A stretch of 63,507 nt of DNA from Takakia lepidozioides (Eukaryota; Plantae; Bryophyta): positions 62,494 through 126,000 of the forward strand of contig CM060732.1 in the NCBI GenBank assembly GCA_030704615.1. Reading direction: 5' to 3'. Below are positions 1 through 12,800 of the stretch, one piece after another. Position 1 is the stretch's first letter. Each line of letters begins with the position of its first letter. Made by a program: the position numbers and the translations under genes. The notes below the pieces were generated by a model. The model made no database searches. It worked only from the letters and a program-made list of their open reading frames with translations, and was not told the DNA's origin.

Positions 1-1342
1 TCTATAAGACACAGAGTGAGAACTGCTTCAGTTCTCAATTCCTCATACTCTACAGGATTCACCACTTTTGCACACAACTTCTTAAATACACGACATACTC
101 GCAAAATGGCCCTTCGAGGACACTTGGCATGAGCCCACGGATAGCAAGCGGTATAATTTGCTGCATGAGCACATGATAGTCATGTGATTTCATGCCAGAC
201 AACTTCTTCTTCACCACATGCTTTTTGAAAGCTGATGCGTAGCCTGTTGGCACTTTCAAGTTCTGCACAATCTCCAGAAAGACTTGTAACTCAGCCTCAG
301 TGAGGACATAAGGGACAGGAGGCATAATTAACGTATCTGCTCTGTCAGGATCACGTTGTAGCCACAATTCTGGGCGCATCCCAAGTAGCTCCAAATCACG
401 GCGAACTTTCAATGTGTCTTTCTCACCAAAGATAGTTTTAATAATATTTTCAGCCAAGTTCTTCTCGCAATGCATTGCGTCAAACGTGTGGCGGATGAGG
501 AGACCCTACAAAATGAACACATAAGCAATTGAGCATTTACTCATCACAATTTAAACAAAAAACACAAAAATGTACACAGCCAATTTAAAGGCCATGAAGG
601 AATTACCTCCCAATAAGGTAAGACATATAGAATTGACAATCGCTTAACTCCATGAGTTTTTGCTGGGTCTGTCCTGCTATCTGGCGTCCCTCCGTTTTCC
701 ACCCATGCAGTGCGAGTTGTTGCAAGTTCCTTGATTTGTGTTCCAGTCTGCGTTTTTGGAGGAGTTCCATGCTCAGTAGCGCCATTGAACATTCTTGACC
801 TTCTATATGGATGATTGCGGGCCAAAAATCTTCGGTGGCCTAGGAAAACAATTTTTCCACATGTGTGTAACTGCTGTGAAGTCACCCCGGGTCCACAAGC
901 TGGACAACCAGCATAACCTTTCGTCACTTGACCTGAGAGCAAGCCATATGCAGGGTAGTCATGGATTGACCACATCAACACTGCCCTCAGTGTGAATTCG
1001 CGTTGACCACGAGGACGGGAAACATCATGAACTGCAATCCCTCTCCATAGTTCCAGTAGCTCTTCCACTAGGGGCATCAGGTAAACATCTACGTTGTCCG
1101 AGGTAACAGACTCCTTACCAGGAATCAGTAGCGCTAACATGACAAAGAACTTTTTGGTCATTAACCATGGAGGCAGATTGTAATTGACCAAGAGAACGGG
1201 CCATGTGCTCCAACTTGTGGATTGAGCTCCGTAGGGATTTACACCGTCTAAGGCCAATCCAAATCGCAGAGATCGTGGCTCTGCAGCAAAATCCGCAAAT
1301 GTGGTGTCAATGTGTCTCCATGCTTTGCTATCAGCTGGATGT
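1..1342 (-). pseudogene. CACTA Tnp2/TnpD transposase, 3' part (Transposase_21 core and downstream region); exons 607-1342 and <1-505
   Basis: Motifs ALDGVNPY, WSTWPVLLVNYNLPPW, WSIHDYPAYG..SG...GY..CP.C, LPYWE|GLLIRHTFDAMHCEKN and LSGMKSHDYHVLMQ. GT-AG intron at 506-606. Interrupted upstream by the Gypsy insertion. Confidence 0.92.
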
Positions 1343-2429
1343 TGTTAGAGGACTGTAGGGGACTTAGACACTTATACGGGATCTGTAGGGTACCCTTAAT
1401 TTTTGCACAGACTGAGACAAACAGGAACCTTAGGGGTGACAGCAGCGCACTGTAGAGGGGGGTTACATAGCCCACACAGCCGACACAGCAGTCACAGCCC
1501 ACACAGCCGTCACAGCCCACACAGCCAACACAGCCCGTCACAGTCGTCACAGCCCACACAGCCAACACAGCCCGTCACAGTCGTCACAGCCCACACAGCC
1601 AACACAGCCCGTCACAGTCGTCACAGCCCACACAGCCGTCACAGCCCACACAGCCCACACAGCCGTCACAGCCCACACAGCCCGTCACAGTCGTCACAGC
1701 CCACACAGCCCACACAGCCAGTCACAGCCCGGCACAGCCACACAGCCAGTCACAGCCCGACACAGCCAAACACAGCCAGTCACCGCTTGACACAGCTGTC
1801 ACGATAATAGGGAACGAAGAGTAGGACAGGGAACGACTGTGGGGAACAACACCTGTGAAGGGAACATGTTAATTCACATACGACGGTTAGAGAGGGAAAC
1901 GGTTAGAACCGCGGATAGGAGGATAAAGGGAAAAACGGGGAATGATGAGGGGATGAGGATGATTATTATGATGGGAAGGAGGATTTCGGAGTGAGACGGG
2001 AGGGAAGTCGGTGAGCACGATGAAGGAGGAAAGAGGATTAGTAGATGCTCGTTATATGCAAAGCTGTAGGGATATTGTAGAGGAGAATAGAGACACAATG
2101 GCTTCGGCCTGATACCTGATAAATCATAATCTGATACTTATACGATACAATCACACTGTGTAGAGAGATCTGAGTGAAGCTGTGGATTGAATGGAGGAGT
2201 GAAGGAAACCGATAAATTGATGAAGCAAACTGATACTTAATTATCAATGGTAAGGTAGCTAAGATGAATGCGGAAAAGGAAACAAATAGGAAACACCCCC
2301 ATGATACACTAGCTGTAGGTCATGACTGATTGTTCTGCGCGGGCTGAGTACTTAGAGATTTCCAACTCTTCTATCTTGGAATTTCCGCCTCGGATAGCGA
2401 AGGGATGGGTGAGTAAAAGCCGCGCGACA
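1343..2429 (+). repeat. 5' LTR (1087 bp) containing a CACAGCC-type tandem array at about 1468-1800
   Basis: Starts TGTTAGAGGAC, ends CGCGCGACA; near-identical to 13616-14649. Confidence 0.96.
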
Positions 2430-3017
2430 TTTGGCGACCGTACTGGGGACCTGGGACATGAACAACCAGATGTGACAGGCATCTGGTGGGATCATGGTGG
2501 TTGGACCATTAAAGAATTTGAAGTGAATCAAATTCCCTGTGGAACGAAGGAAGAAAGATTGTCCAAACAATTCTTTCAAAGGTTCTTGGAATTGCCAGAC
2601 GGATGTAAAGAAAATATTCTTAAACGAGTGCATGATGCTGATCCAGAATGGGGTCTGGAGAAAGGAGTGATAAAGATTTATCAGGTAGCCTGTAGAGGAA
2701 GAGCACGTTGGTTACCAACATTAGTTTATGTGATAGCGTTGCTATCCATTAAACGAGTAGAGTTTGAAGGCTGGGAAGAAAGAAAGGTGAATGTTTATAC
2801 TCATATGCATGAAGAGCTTGTACTGGTAAAGAATTGGATTCCAAAGGATATTTTGTGGATCAAACTCACACCAAGAACAGCTTTTCAGACTTGTTTGCCA
2901 TATGGTTATATGGTAACGGAGACTTCAAGTATAGCCAAGGGTGCATTGAAGCTTGAAAGAAATCCAGGCATATACGAGAGATATTACAGAAGAGAGTTTT
3001 GGTTATTGCCACATTAA
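2322..3017 (+). CDS. Extra ORF upstream of gag, unknown function (up to 231 aa; the true start is probably downstream of the PBS)
   Basis: Uninterrupted, non-low-complexity ORF between the LTR/PBS and gag; no family motif recognised. Confidence 0.5.
   Translation: MTDCSARAEYLEISNSSILEFPPRIAKGWVSKSRATFGDRTGDLGHEQPDVTGIWWDHGGWTIKEFEVNQIPCGTKEERLSKQFFQRFLELPDGCKENILKRVHDADPEWGLEKGVIKIYQVACRGRARWLPTLVYVIALLSIKRVEFEGWEERKVNVYTHMHEELVLVKNWIPKDILWIKLTPRTAFQTCLPYGYMVTETSSIAKGALKLERNPGIYERYYRREFWLLPH
2432..2449 (+). promoter_or_regulatory. Primer-binding site TGGCGACCGTACTGGGGA (resembles the tRNA-Arg-type PBS of Tat/Ogre elements)
   Basis: Begins with TGG, 2 nt after the LTR end. The tRNA identity is inferred from resemblance to TGGCGACTC..CTGGGGA-type PBSs. 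Confidence 0.75.
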
Positions 3018-3038
3018 AAGAAATGAAAGACATGGGAC

Positions 3039-5560
3039 ATGAGTGATGAAAGAGAAGCTAGACGACAAAGATATTCATCAAAAAGAGAAAGCTATCTGAA
3101 AGCTAATTATCCATATCTTTGGGAGAGAGGAATAGACATAGGGGAATCATCTGGACCTCTCACACCATCAAGATCAAAAAGTGCATCACCTATACCGGAA
3201 GAAACTAGAGTTGGATGCCACTCCTTCTGTTTCTTTGCAAGAAAGATTAAGGGAATTGGTACAGGAAGAAGATCAATCACGAGTGTGAAAGATCTGAGGT
3301 ACATCTTGGATAAAAGACTTGACAGAAATCTTTGATAAGAGTTGGCATGGAACACCAAAAGCAGGAACTCCAGTTTCTGAAGCAGAAGATGAAGAAGGAG
3401 ATGAGGATGTGGCAGAGCCAACGGAGAGTTCAGACTCTCCAACACCATTACAGTGAGTTACATGAGTGAAGAAGAAACCCCAAGGGCAGAACTTGGAGGA
3501 TGAAAACAGAGAGAAGAAATTAGAAAGAGAAGAAGAATATAAGAAGTAGACCCAACAGCTGAGGTTGAGACTACAACCAGGACATCCCAACCCGTTGGAC
3601 CTGGATCAAGTGGAGCACTTGGATCACAGGCCAACGAAGGTGTCGGCTCAGGGGGGATCAGGCGGGCTGCCTGGATCTGGCTCTGGGGGGGACAGGGAGT
3701 GTGGGAAGTAGTGCAACTGAAGCTGGGAATACTGTGAATATCGTGGGGCCAGAAGCAGGGAGTGCTCAAGGGCCACCACTTGGTGGAAGATCCACCACAC
3801 AAAAACAACAGGTCCAGAAGGACCAGCACCAGCAAGGGTGCCAGCACCTGTCAGTGGGCAGAAGGTAGGGCCACAGATGGCGTTACAACCAACACGGGCA
3901 AAACCACCCTTTCCAATATATTCAGGAAAAGGGGATCCCGATGTACACATTAGCCAATTTGAGCACATGTGTATAGTGAACAATGAAGAAATGGCGATGA
4001 TGCCAAGATGAGACTGTTTTCCTTGTTCACTTATCAAGAAAGCAAGTGAATGGTATGCAAGATTCCCTGATAATCATTTCCTAACCTGGAATGGCTTGAA
4101 TACAGCATTTTCGAAATAGGTTCAGGACAAGTAAAACTGAGGATGAATGAAGTGTATGGAGTTTACAACAGCTGAAGCAGAAGAAGCATGAAACTGTTGA
4201 AGAGTATATGGAGAAGATGGAATGATGATGATGAAAAAGCTGGCTGCAGTACCAGCACCCCGGTTTACAGAAGACTTGGTTTGTGAGTGGACTAAGACCA
4301 GAGTTGCAGAAGAAAGTGGATATGTTACCCCATAATACAGTGGAGGAGGCATTTGAAACTGCAAACAGAATTGAGCAATTGGGAATGCTCAGGAGAGAGA
4401 AAAAGGAAGATGATGAGGACTCTGAAGATGAGTCAGATGAAGAAGAAGAGCAAGAACTAAAAAGAAAGAGTAAGAGAAAGGAAAAAAAGTTGAAGAGGGA
4501 TAACTATGAGAAAAGATTGGAAGAAATCTTGAAGAAGAAGTATGCCACAGAGGCTGCAACACATTGGAGGAAGGGTGTATGGTGTGCAAAGTGCCAGAAT
4601 GAAGGCCATACCACTACAGAATGCCACATGAAGGAGAAACACTGTACTATCTGTAAAATGGATAACCATTCTACTGAGAATTGTTACTACAACAGAAGGA
4701 CAGCTGCAAGAGAACCTAGGCAAGTGAGGGTGCATCAGGTGCAGCCCCAGCCAAGAAGAAGAAGAAGCAATGATCAGGACCACTATGGTAGGTCTGGTGG
4801 TTATAACAATGGCATGGAAGGGAGAGGTAATTCAAGAGGGAATTACCAAGGAAATTCCAGAGGCAACTATCAGGGTAATCCAAGGGGGAATTACCAGCCC
4901 GGGAATCAGGATTATAGAAATAATCCAAGACCAGACCAAGGGCGAGGACCCAATGGTGAAGAGCTATGTTACTATTGTAATCAGCCAGGACATCGCAAGG
5001 CAGCCTGTTCATTCTGGATAAGACACCAGAATGAGATGAGAGCTCCTGTGAATGAGGGCCCAGTGGTGGCAGCTCACATGGTTAGGCCATGTGTTGTACC
5101 AGAAGTAAGTACAATGATAGTAACAAGAAGTAAAGCCAAACTAATACCTCCAGTAGTAGAAGAGGAAGAAGATGAGACTGGAAGTGGCAATGATATGCCT
5201 GAAGATGAAGAGACTTGGAAGATGAGAAGGAACTGCACAAGGAAGTGGCAGATACTATAAGGGAAATGCAAAAGAGTACTGATATTCCTGTGGCAGATTC
5301 CTCTGATTCGGATGGAGAAAAAGAGGGGAGTGAGGAAGAAAGGAAAAAAAAAGAGATGCAGACATGCAAAGTAATGAAGAGACTTTGGCTGAAGTAATAT
5401 GTCAGACCAAAGCAGAAATTACCATTGGACAGCTATTAGCTGTGGCACCTTATTGTAGGCACAGGCTGTATCAGGCAATCAATCGAATTGCCCAAGAGAC
5501 AGGAAACACAGACCTGAACAGCAAGGTGACCAGTTATAATGTGAAGCCGAAGGGCGAGAA
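3039..5560 (+). pseudogene. Gag (retrotransposon gag core plus CCHC zinc knuckles), frameshifted in this assembly
   Basis: Y.GKGDPDVHI..FE and LFPCSL...A.EWY motifs at about 3915-4070; SGLRPELQ; knuckles CAKCQNEGHTTTEC, CTICKMDNHSTENC and CYYCNQPGHRKAAC. Confidence 0.85.
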
Positions 5561-5566
5561 CCAGTC

Positions 5567-6000
5567 ATGGACTTTGATGATTCTATGCCAGTAATCCAAT
5601 TGAGAATTGGAAGCACAGAACTAACTGATGTACTGATAGATGGTGGTTCTGGAGTAAATATCATGACAGACCAATTAAGGAAGAAGCTTGGTCTAAGTAA
5701 CATGAAACCAGCCCCATTTACAGTAACAATGGCAGATCAAAGAAGTGTACAGCCATTGGGATTAATAAGAGGAGTTAAGATACAGATACAGAAAATGATC
5801 TTTATGATCACAGTAACTGTATTAAAAATGGATGAAGTCATGGAGGCTTACTCCTTATTATTGGGACGTCCGTGGCTGAAACAGGCCAGGGTATTCCATG
5901 ACTGGAATTCTCAGTTACTAACTGTGCATAATGGGATGCACGAGATACAAATTACCACAAAGAAATCTAGTAGATTACCTGCTACAAGAAGACCTCGAGG
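5567..6000 (+). pseudogene. Gypsy aspartic protease
   Basis: VLIDGGSGVNIM and YSLLLGRPWL motifs. Confidence 0.92.
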
Positions 6001-6338
6001 AGTCAGAGAGTATGACTGGAGAGAGGAGGACTGGATGAGGAGCAGGAAGCTACCCTATTTGCTGCACACCCAGAGTGGGAGCAGGTTGCAGAGATGCGGC
6101 TGGAAAGCCTAAGTTGTTTGAGAGGTATCTGCTGTGGTGTAGTGACAGCAACACCAACTGAAGAAGGAAACCAGCATTTACCCATCACATTTCTATGAAG
6201 AAAGAGAAGGAGAGAAATAGAAATCCTAGAAGAACCAGCCACTGTGAGCTTACAGGATGAAGTGGTGACTGGTTGGACAATCACAGCTGATGAGCAGGTG
6301 AGAGAAGTAAATGTGGGAACTCAGGAGGAACCGAGAGG

Positions 6339-7951
6339 ATGGTGAAAGTAGGAGCTGATTTGGAGCCGGAATTCTTCGAAGAAGCTAAAAGCTTGTTCAT
6401 CAAATACAGAGATGTATTTGCTTGGAGCTATGAGGATCTAAAAGGGATACCACCTGAAGTCTGTCAGCATAAAATTGAACTGGAACCAGGGTCAGTACCA
6501 ATCAAGCAGGCGAGGTATAGAATGAATCCCAACTACGCACAGAAGGTTGGAGAAGAGATAAAGAAGTTGGCTGAGGCTAAGTTTATATACCCAATAGAGT
6601 ATACAACTTGGTTGTCACCCATTGTTATAGTTCCCAAGAAGAATGGCAAACTAAGAGTATGTGTGAACTATAAGAAGCTGAATGCTTGTACGAAGAAAGA
6701 TCCTTTCCCTTTGCCATTCACAGAAGCAGTATTAGACACTGTGGCAGGCCATGAGATGTACTCATTCATGGATGGCTTCAGTGGTTATAATCAAGTGCAA
6801 GTGGCAGAAGAAGACCAAGGGAAAACAGCTTTCATCACAGACTGGGGGGCTTATGCATACAAAGTCATGCCCTTTGGACTTTGTAATGCACCAGCGACCT
6901 TTCAGAGAGTGATAAGTGAATCTTTTCATGAGTATCTGGATGATTTCATGCAGGTATTTTGGATGATTTCAGTGTGTACAGCTCTAAGAATGAGCACTTG
7001 CATAAATTGGAGTTATGCCTGGCCAGATGCAGGATGAGAGGTCTGGGCTTGAATCCAGAGAAGTGTACTTTCTGTGTGAACTCAGGGGTGCTTCTGGGAC
7101 ACATTGTGTGTAAGAAGGGACTCCTGTGGATCCCAGGAAGACAGAGTCCATTAAAGTCTCTCCACCACCAGTGAATGTTAAGAGTTTAAGGAGATTCCTT
7201 GGGCAAACCAGTTATTACAGAAGATTTGTCAAAAGGTATGCACAAATAGCAGCACCATTGAGCAAGCTTCTGAAGAAAGATGCAGTGTTTGCATGGACAG
7301 CTGAATGTCAACAGGCGTTTGAGGAACTTACACTGTCAGTAACAACTACACCTGTGCTGATTAACCCCTCACTGGCATGTAGTATTTCATGTTCACTGCG
7401 ATGCATCAGGAGAAGCGTTGGGAGCGGTGTTAGCCCAGAATGTTACAGGGAATATAGATTCACCTGTGTACTATGCTAGCCGGTTGATGAACAGTGCTGA
7501 GAGGAACTATAGCACAACGGAAAGAGAAGCATTGGCAATGATCTATGCAGTGAAGAAATTCAGGCATTACCTATTGGGAAGAAAGTTTATGTTTTATGTG
7601 GATCACCAGGCTCTGATATATCTGGTGAACAAACCTTTGATAAGTGGAAGGATAGCGAGGTGGTTAATAATCTTGCATGAGTTTGAGTTCGAGGTTATTT
7701 ACAAGCCTGGCCGTTTGCATCTTGTGGCAGATCATTTGTCACGACTAACAACAGGAGAGGCCGCCACAGGAGTGGACGATCAGTTACCTGATGCGAGTTT
7801 ATTTGTAATGGAGGTGCAAGGAAGTGCAGATGAATGGTTAGATTGGCAGTGGCCAATCAGATACTACCTTGCTCATGGTCAGTGCCCACCTAGTTATGGT
7901 AAGGAGCAGAGGAAGAGAATGCTATCAAAGCTTTACCTTATACTATGGTAG
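6339..7951 (+). pseudogene. Reverse transcriptase and RNase H (single-base frameshifts near 6960, 7125 and 7370)
   Basis: WLSPIVIVPKKNGKLRVC, YSFMDGFSGYNQ, MPFGLCNAPATFQR, F-(L)DDFSVY, YYASRLMNSAERNYSTTEREALA, FYVDHQAL and VADHLSR. Confidence 0.95.
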
Positions 7952-9070
7952 GAAGCAGAATGTATAAGTTAGGACCTGATGGAGTACTAAAACGATGCTT
8001 GTACCACCATGAAGTAAATAAAGTCTTGGAGGAAGTTCATAAAGGAGTGGCTGGAGGTCATTTTGGAGAAGAGACTACCAGTAGAAAGATACTACTCGCA
8101 GGATACTGGTGGCCTACTTTGTTCAAAGATGTACATGAGTATTGTCAGAAGTGTGATGAATGTCAGAGGCTAGGACCTTTGCAGAGATCTGGAAGAATGG
8201 CCTTGCATCCTACAATGCCTACGGAACCATTTCAGAAATGGGGACTAGACTTTGTTGGACCAATTAATCCACCATCCAAGAATACACAAAACAGGTACAT
8301 AATTACAGCCACTGATTATACTACAAAGTGGGTGGAAGCTAAAGCTTTGAGGGACAACACAGCCAAGTCCACAGCAAGGTTCCTGTACGAGAACATACTT
8401 ACACGATTTGGATGTCCCTTAGAATTTATCAGTGATCAAGGAAGTCACTTCATGAATGAGACCATTGAGTTATTGACTAAAGAGTTTATGATTGTGCATA
8501 GAAAGAGTAAACATATTACCCACAGGGTAATGGACAGGCAGAGGCTACCAACAAAATACTATGTACTATCTTGGCTAAGATAGTCAATGCAAACAGAACG
8601 GATTGGGATACAAAGCTGCTGACAGCTTTATGGTCATACAGGACTTCATATAAAGTCACCACAAAGTATACACCATTCCAATTAGTTTATGGTATGGAAG
8701 CCTTACTTCCAGTGGAATTCCTGTTACCTACCATGAGAACGGAGTGGGGAAAAAGAATGGAATTGCAAGACTCCATCAAGGTCAGGAAACATGAATTATA
8801 CCATGTGGAAGAAGTACGTGCTGATGCAGCTGATAATATGACCAGAATTCAGATGAAGCGAAGGAACAGTTTGATGAAGGCAATTAAAGACTTTTAAAGG
8901 GGGATTTGGTTCTATGGTTGCAGAAGAAAGGAAAGATTCAAGCTTCTAAGCTTAAATCACCATGGAAAGGACCTTATGTCATACAAAAGATGTATGATAA
9001 CAACACAGCCATGTTACAAACCATTAACAAAGAAATGCTGGGAAGAGTCAATGCAAATAAGTTGAAGGGG
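7945..9070 (+). pseudogene. Integrase (HHCC, DDE core, GPY C-terminal motif)
   Basis: H...AGGHFG...GYWWPTL..CQKCDECQR, WGLDFVGP, ATDYTTKWVEA, ISDQGSHF, ALWSYRT and KLKSPWKGPY. Confidence 0.95.
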
Positions 9071-9219
9071 TACAGTGGTATCCATGACAAACCCCTGCAG
9101 CATGATTTGCATGTTGAACCGCAAGAGCAGTCACGGGCTGCACCAGTGTTACGAACGGAGTATGGAACACTTGTCGCTAGGCCCAGTATATATGACCGGG
9201 GTGGGCAAAACAAACGTGC

Positions 9220-9385
9220 CTATCACAGCCCATCACGGCGTGACACAGCCTATCACAGCCCCATCAGACACAGCCTATCACAGCCCGTCACGACGTGACA
9301 CAGCCTATCACAACCTACCGCAGCGTGTCACAGTATCACAGCTTACACAGTGACACAGCCTGTCACAGCTCAACACAGCCTACTA
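9220..9385 (+). repeat. Internal CACAGCC(TAT)-type tandem repeats just after pol
   Basis: Repeated TATCACAGCC / GACACAGCC units related to the LTR array. Confidence 0.8.
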
Positions 9386-9822
9386 AAGTTACACGATCCA
9401 TAGAATCAGTGACAAGTGGACACATAAAAACTTCAGGAAAATGGCTGGAAACGGAAATTAATTTAAAAATAGACACGTGGAGGTCAGGGTGCGACACACA
9501 GCAGAGAATGAAGTGCAAGGACAGGTGTCAAAAGAAAGAGGACAAGAACGGCCGTCAAAAGGGATGAAAGGCGGGCCCATTAATGAATACGGAAAAAGGG
9601 AAACAGACGAACGGCAAGTACAGAAAAACTGAATTCATGTCGCATGTGTGATCCTAGTGGACTATCCAACAGGGAAAGTCCACTAAAGAAGATAAAAGTT
9701 AAAATCCAGTCACAGCGGATACCAGAGAAAATGATCAAGAAAATGGAGGGAAATTAAGCGCAAGAGGCGGCGTCGTTCTGAGTAACGGGCGTCTCGACAG
9801 GACAGGCCATAAATGCTATAAC

Positions 9823-12800
9823 TTGGAAACTATGGAGGAACTAACAGACTATACGCTCGCAATATTACTTACGCAATGGCAGAGACACGAAACGAAAGAG
9901 CAGAGCTTTTCTCTTGAACAATGCTTGCAAGCCCCGCAGGCTTACAAGAGATTACCCATAGCTTTCTGCGGCAACCATACGTTTCTGCTTTGTGCACTAC
10001 AGGCATTCCTGCAGTGTTACAGCCAAAGCAGCAGTTCTGTGAGTCTAAGATGAAGAGAGTGAGAGGAATGGAGGAAATCAGGGTGAAGAGCACCACAATT
10101 CTGCAACAAACGATGGCTACCCCACAGCGATATAAAGATACTGAAGGAGCTGAGATTGGAAGGATTGCAAAGCATGGATTGGACACTACACCATAGACAG
10201 TACATGTTACAATTTTTGCAGAACTTTGAGCCAAAGACAGGAACAACAACGGTGAAGGGAGTTGAATTAATGATTACTCCCCTATACCTCCAGCAATTGT
10301 TTCGATTGCCAGCAGGTCATGTGTATGTGGAGGAACACAGGGAAAGACTGCAAATAGGGGATTTATTCCAAGAAGGGAGTTTCTTTAAAAAACTCAGGGT
10401 TATGCTGTACCAAAGCTGTGTACCCAGGGTTAAAAGACATAGGCCAAGTATTGAACGTTCTGATTGCCCTGAAACAGAACCAACAATATTTGAGCAGATC
10501 CTTCACAGAGGAAATCCTCAAAGGCTTGAAGGGACAAGAGGTACCATGGGCGGACATAATGTACAACGCACTGGTAGAGGAGATGAAAGCAGGTACTACC
10601 GCAAAATCTCCTATCATAGTGTCTGGCCCAATCATTGCTCAAATAATCCTTGATTCTGGCATACTTAATGCACAAGAAAGGAAGGAAATGGGAGTGTTTG
10701 AGCCAGAACAACTGCAATGGAAGAGCAAGGCTCTTCACACAGTGAGGGTGGACTAGCAGCACAACCCGAGACTAAGAGGCAGAGAAGGGAAAGACTGTAG
10801 TGGCGGATCCACTGGCTTCACGGATTCCGCATGATAATGTTTCCCAAGCTCATGACCAGGAAGGGGCACAGCAGCACAAAAGAATGTTATTACTGGAAGC
10901 AGGACCTTCAGAGAGGGAGGAAGAAAGTTACTTCTGCATCACAACCAACACAGCCACTTGAACGACTTGTCACAAGGTCACAAGTTATCCATGCAGCTCA
11001 ACCCGAAATAATTGATTTGGAAAGTGAAGGGATAGATATTCCAACTACAGAACAGATAGTGGCAGAAATAGAGAAAGGGGACCTTCTCTATGAATATTCT
11101 GGTCTGGTCAAGCAGACAGAAATCCCAGAGGTGCAACAGTTGCCCAAGAAATCCTGAGGTACATATAATGCACACACCTGTGTCGGAGGTACCACAGGCG
11201 GAAGGCCATGACACTGTAGCACCGGTCATAAATGAAGTAGTTCAGGAAGAAAATCCGGTGGGACAATGGTCTGAATGGTTAGTGAGACATCATACTGTTG
11301 AAGATCAAGAGGAACAGCAGCAACCTCACCATGATGACCCTCAACAGGCAATGCTGATGAGTTCCATAGGCAGGACACTTAATTTGTTGGGGACTTATGT
11401 CAAAACCCATGTTCCAATTACCCAATTGACAGCCTTGAAAGAAGAACTCAGGAAGGAGTTTGAGGCTCGACTTGCCACTGAGTGTGCAAACAAGGTCGAT
11501 GAAGAGGTCACTCTCAAGATGAAGCAGGACTTGGCCAATACAGAAATGGCTTTGCAATTGGCCAAGCAACAATTGATTGAGGCAGGCCTCGCGCAAGACC
11601 AGTTGCACGAAGCACATAAGCAACAGCTATACCAAATGCAGGTGCAGCATGAAAGCAAGTTGCAAGAACTGAATGCACTACATACGGAGTTGCAGACAGT
11701 GCATAACAGGATGGCGATACAATGCGCTACATTTACAACTATGCTTGACCAATCAACAAAAGAAACAGTCAAGCGGAAAAATGTACAGAAGAAGAGAATG
11801 TGGAGCAAATGAAGCTCATTGTCGATATGAAGAATACAATCTGTCGCAATGAAGATACTTTCAAGCAATACAGGCAGATGGAAGCTGAGCAAGAGAAATA
11901 CATCGTGGAGTTGCAACAAACCATCGTGGCCAATAGAAATGAAATCGCGGTCAGTAACAAGGCTTCGAAAGAAGCCAATAATCTACTTGCTGCCTATGCG
12001 CAATTGGTTGAGCCACAGGCGAAGCGCATGAAGGCTTTACAACAGCAGTTGGAATTGTATAAGCTAAGAGAGGAGCAAACTCTCAGGGGAACCACAAGCA
12101 GCTTGGTGGATAACAGCCTTATGCAGGTCTGGTTAGCACAAGGGCCAGTAGAAGGCAAAGCCCCACGGAAGCTCACCCAAAGAGATGAATGAGCTTAGAC
12201 TGCAGGTGCAGAACATTGCCACAACTACTATAGACAATGTCTATAGTAGGATAGCAGAGTTACAAGAGGATGTAGACGGACTCCAGACTCAAGTGGAAGA
12301 CCTCACTTCAAACATCGACCAAAGAGTCTATATCCCTCAGGAACAGCTAATGGCTTCTTATTTGCAAGCCAGAACTCTGGCTTTTCAGTCTTCACAGGAG
12401 GTGCAGGAGATGCCAATGGTACAGGAACCAGTACCACCACCACCACAACAGTCAGTGTACCAGTAGCTGAACCTGTGGTTACTACAACCCACACCACAGC
12501 CACCCACAGCCGGAGGTATGGGGCAATGCAGCTTTTAACCCACCTAAAACTCCAGCTGCCAGGGAGTACAGTAGGGCTATGATTATGCCCTTCAACCAAA
12601 TTCCCATCATGTTGGATTTGGCTTGGAAAGAATTTAGTCCTCCGCAGTCATTCGCACATTACTACCAAATCATGCGTATTTGGCTGCCAGTGGCAACCAG
12701 GACTAAAGTTCTTCCAAACAATCGACATATTGAAGATCATCACTTTGCACAATACTGGCACGAGGCAGGTACCATGTTGAGGGAATTGGTTGCTTTCCAG

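Noticed and set aside
1248-1807. His/Ser/Pro-rich and Cys/Val/Gly-rich ORFs (also 13548-14029)
   Set aside because: Translations of the CACAGCC LTR minisatellite.
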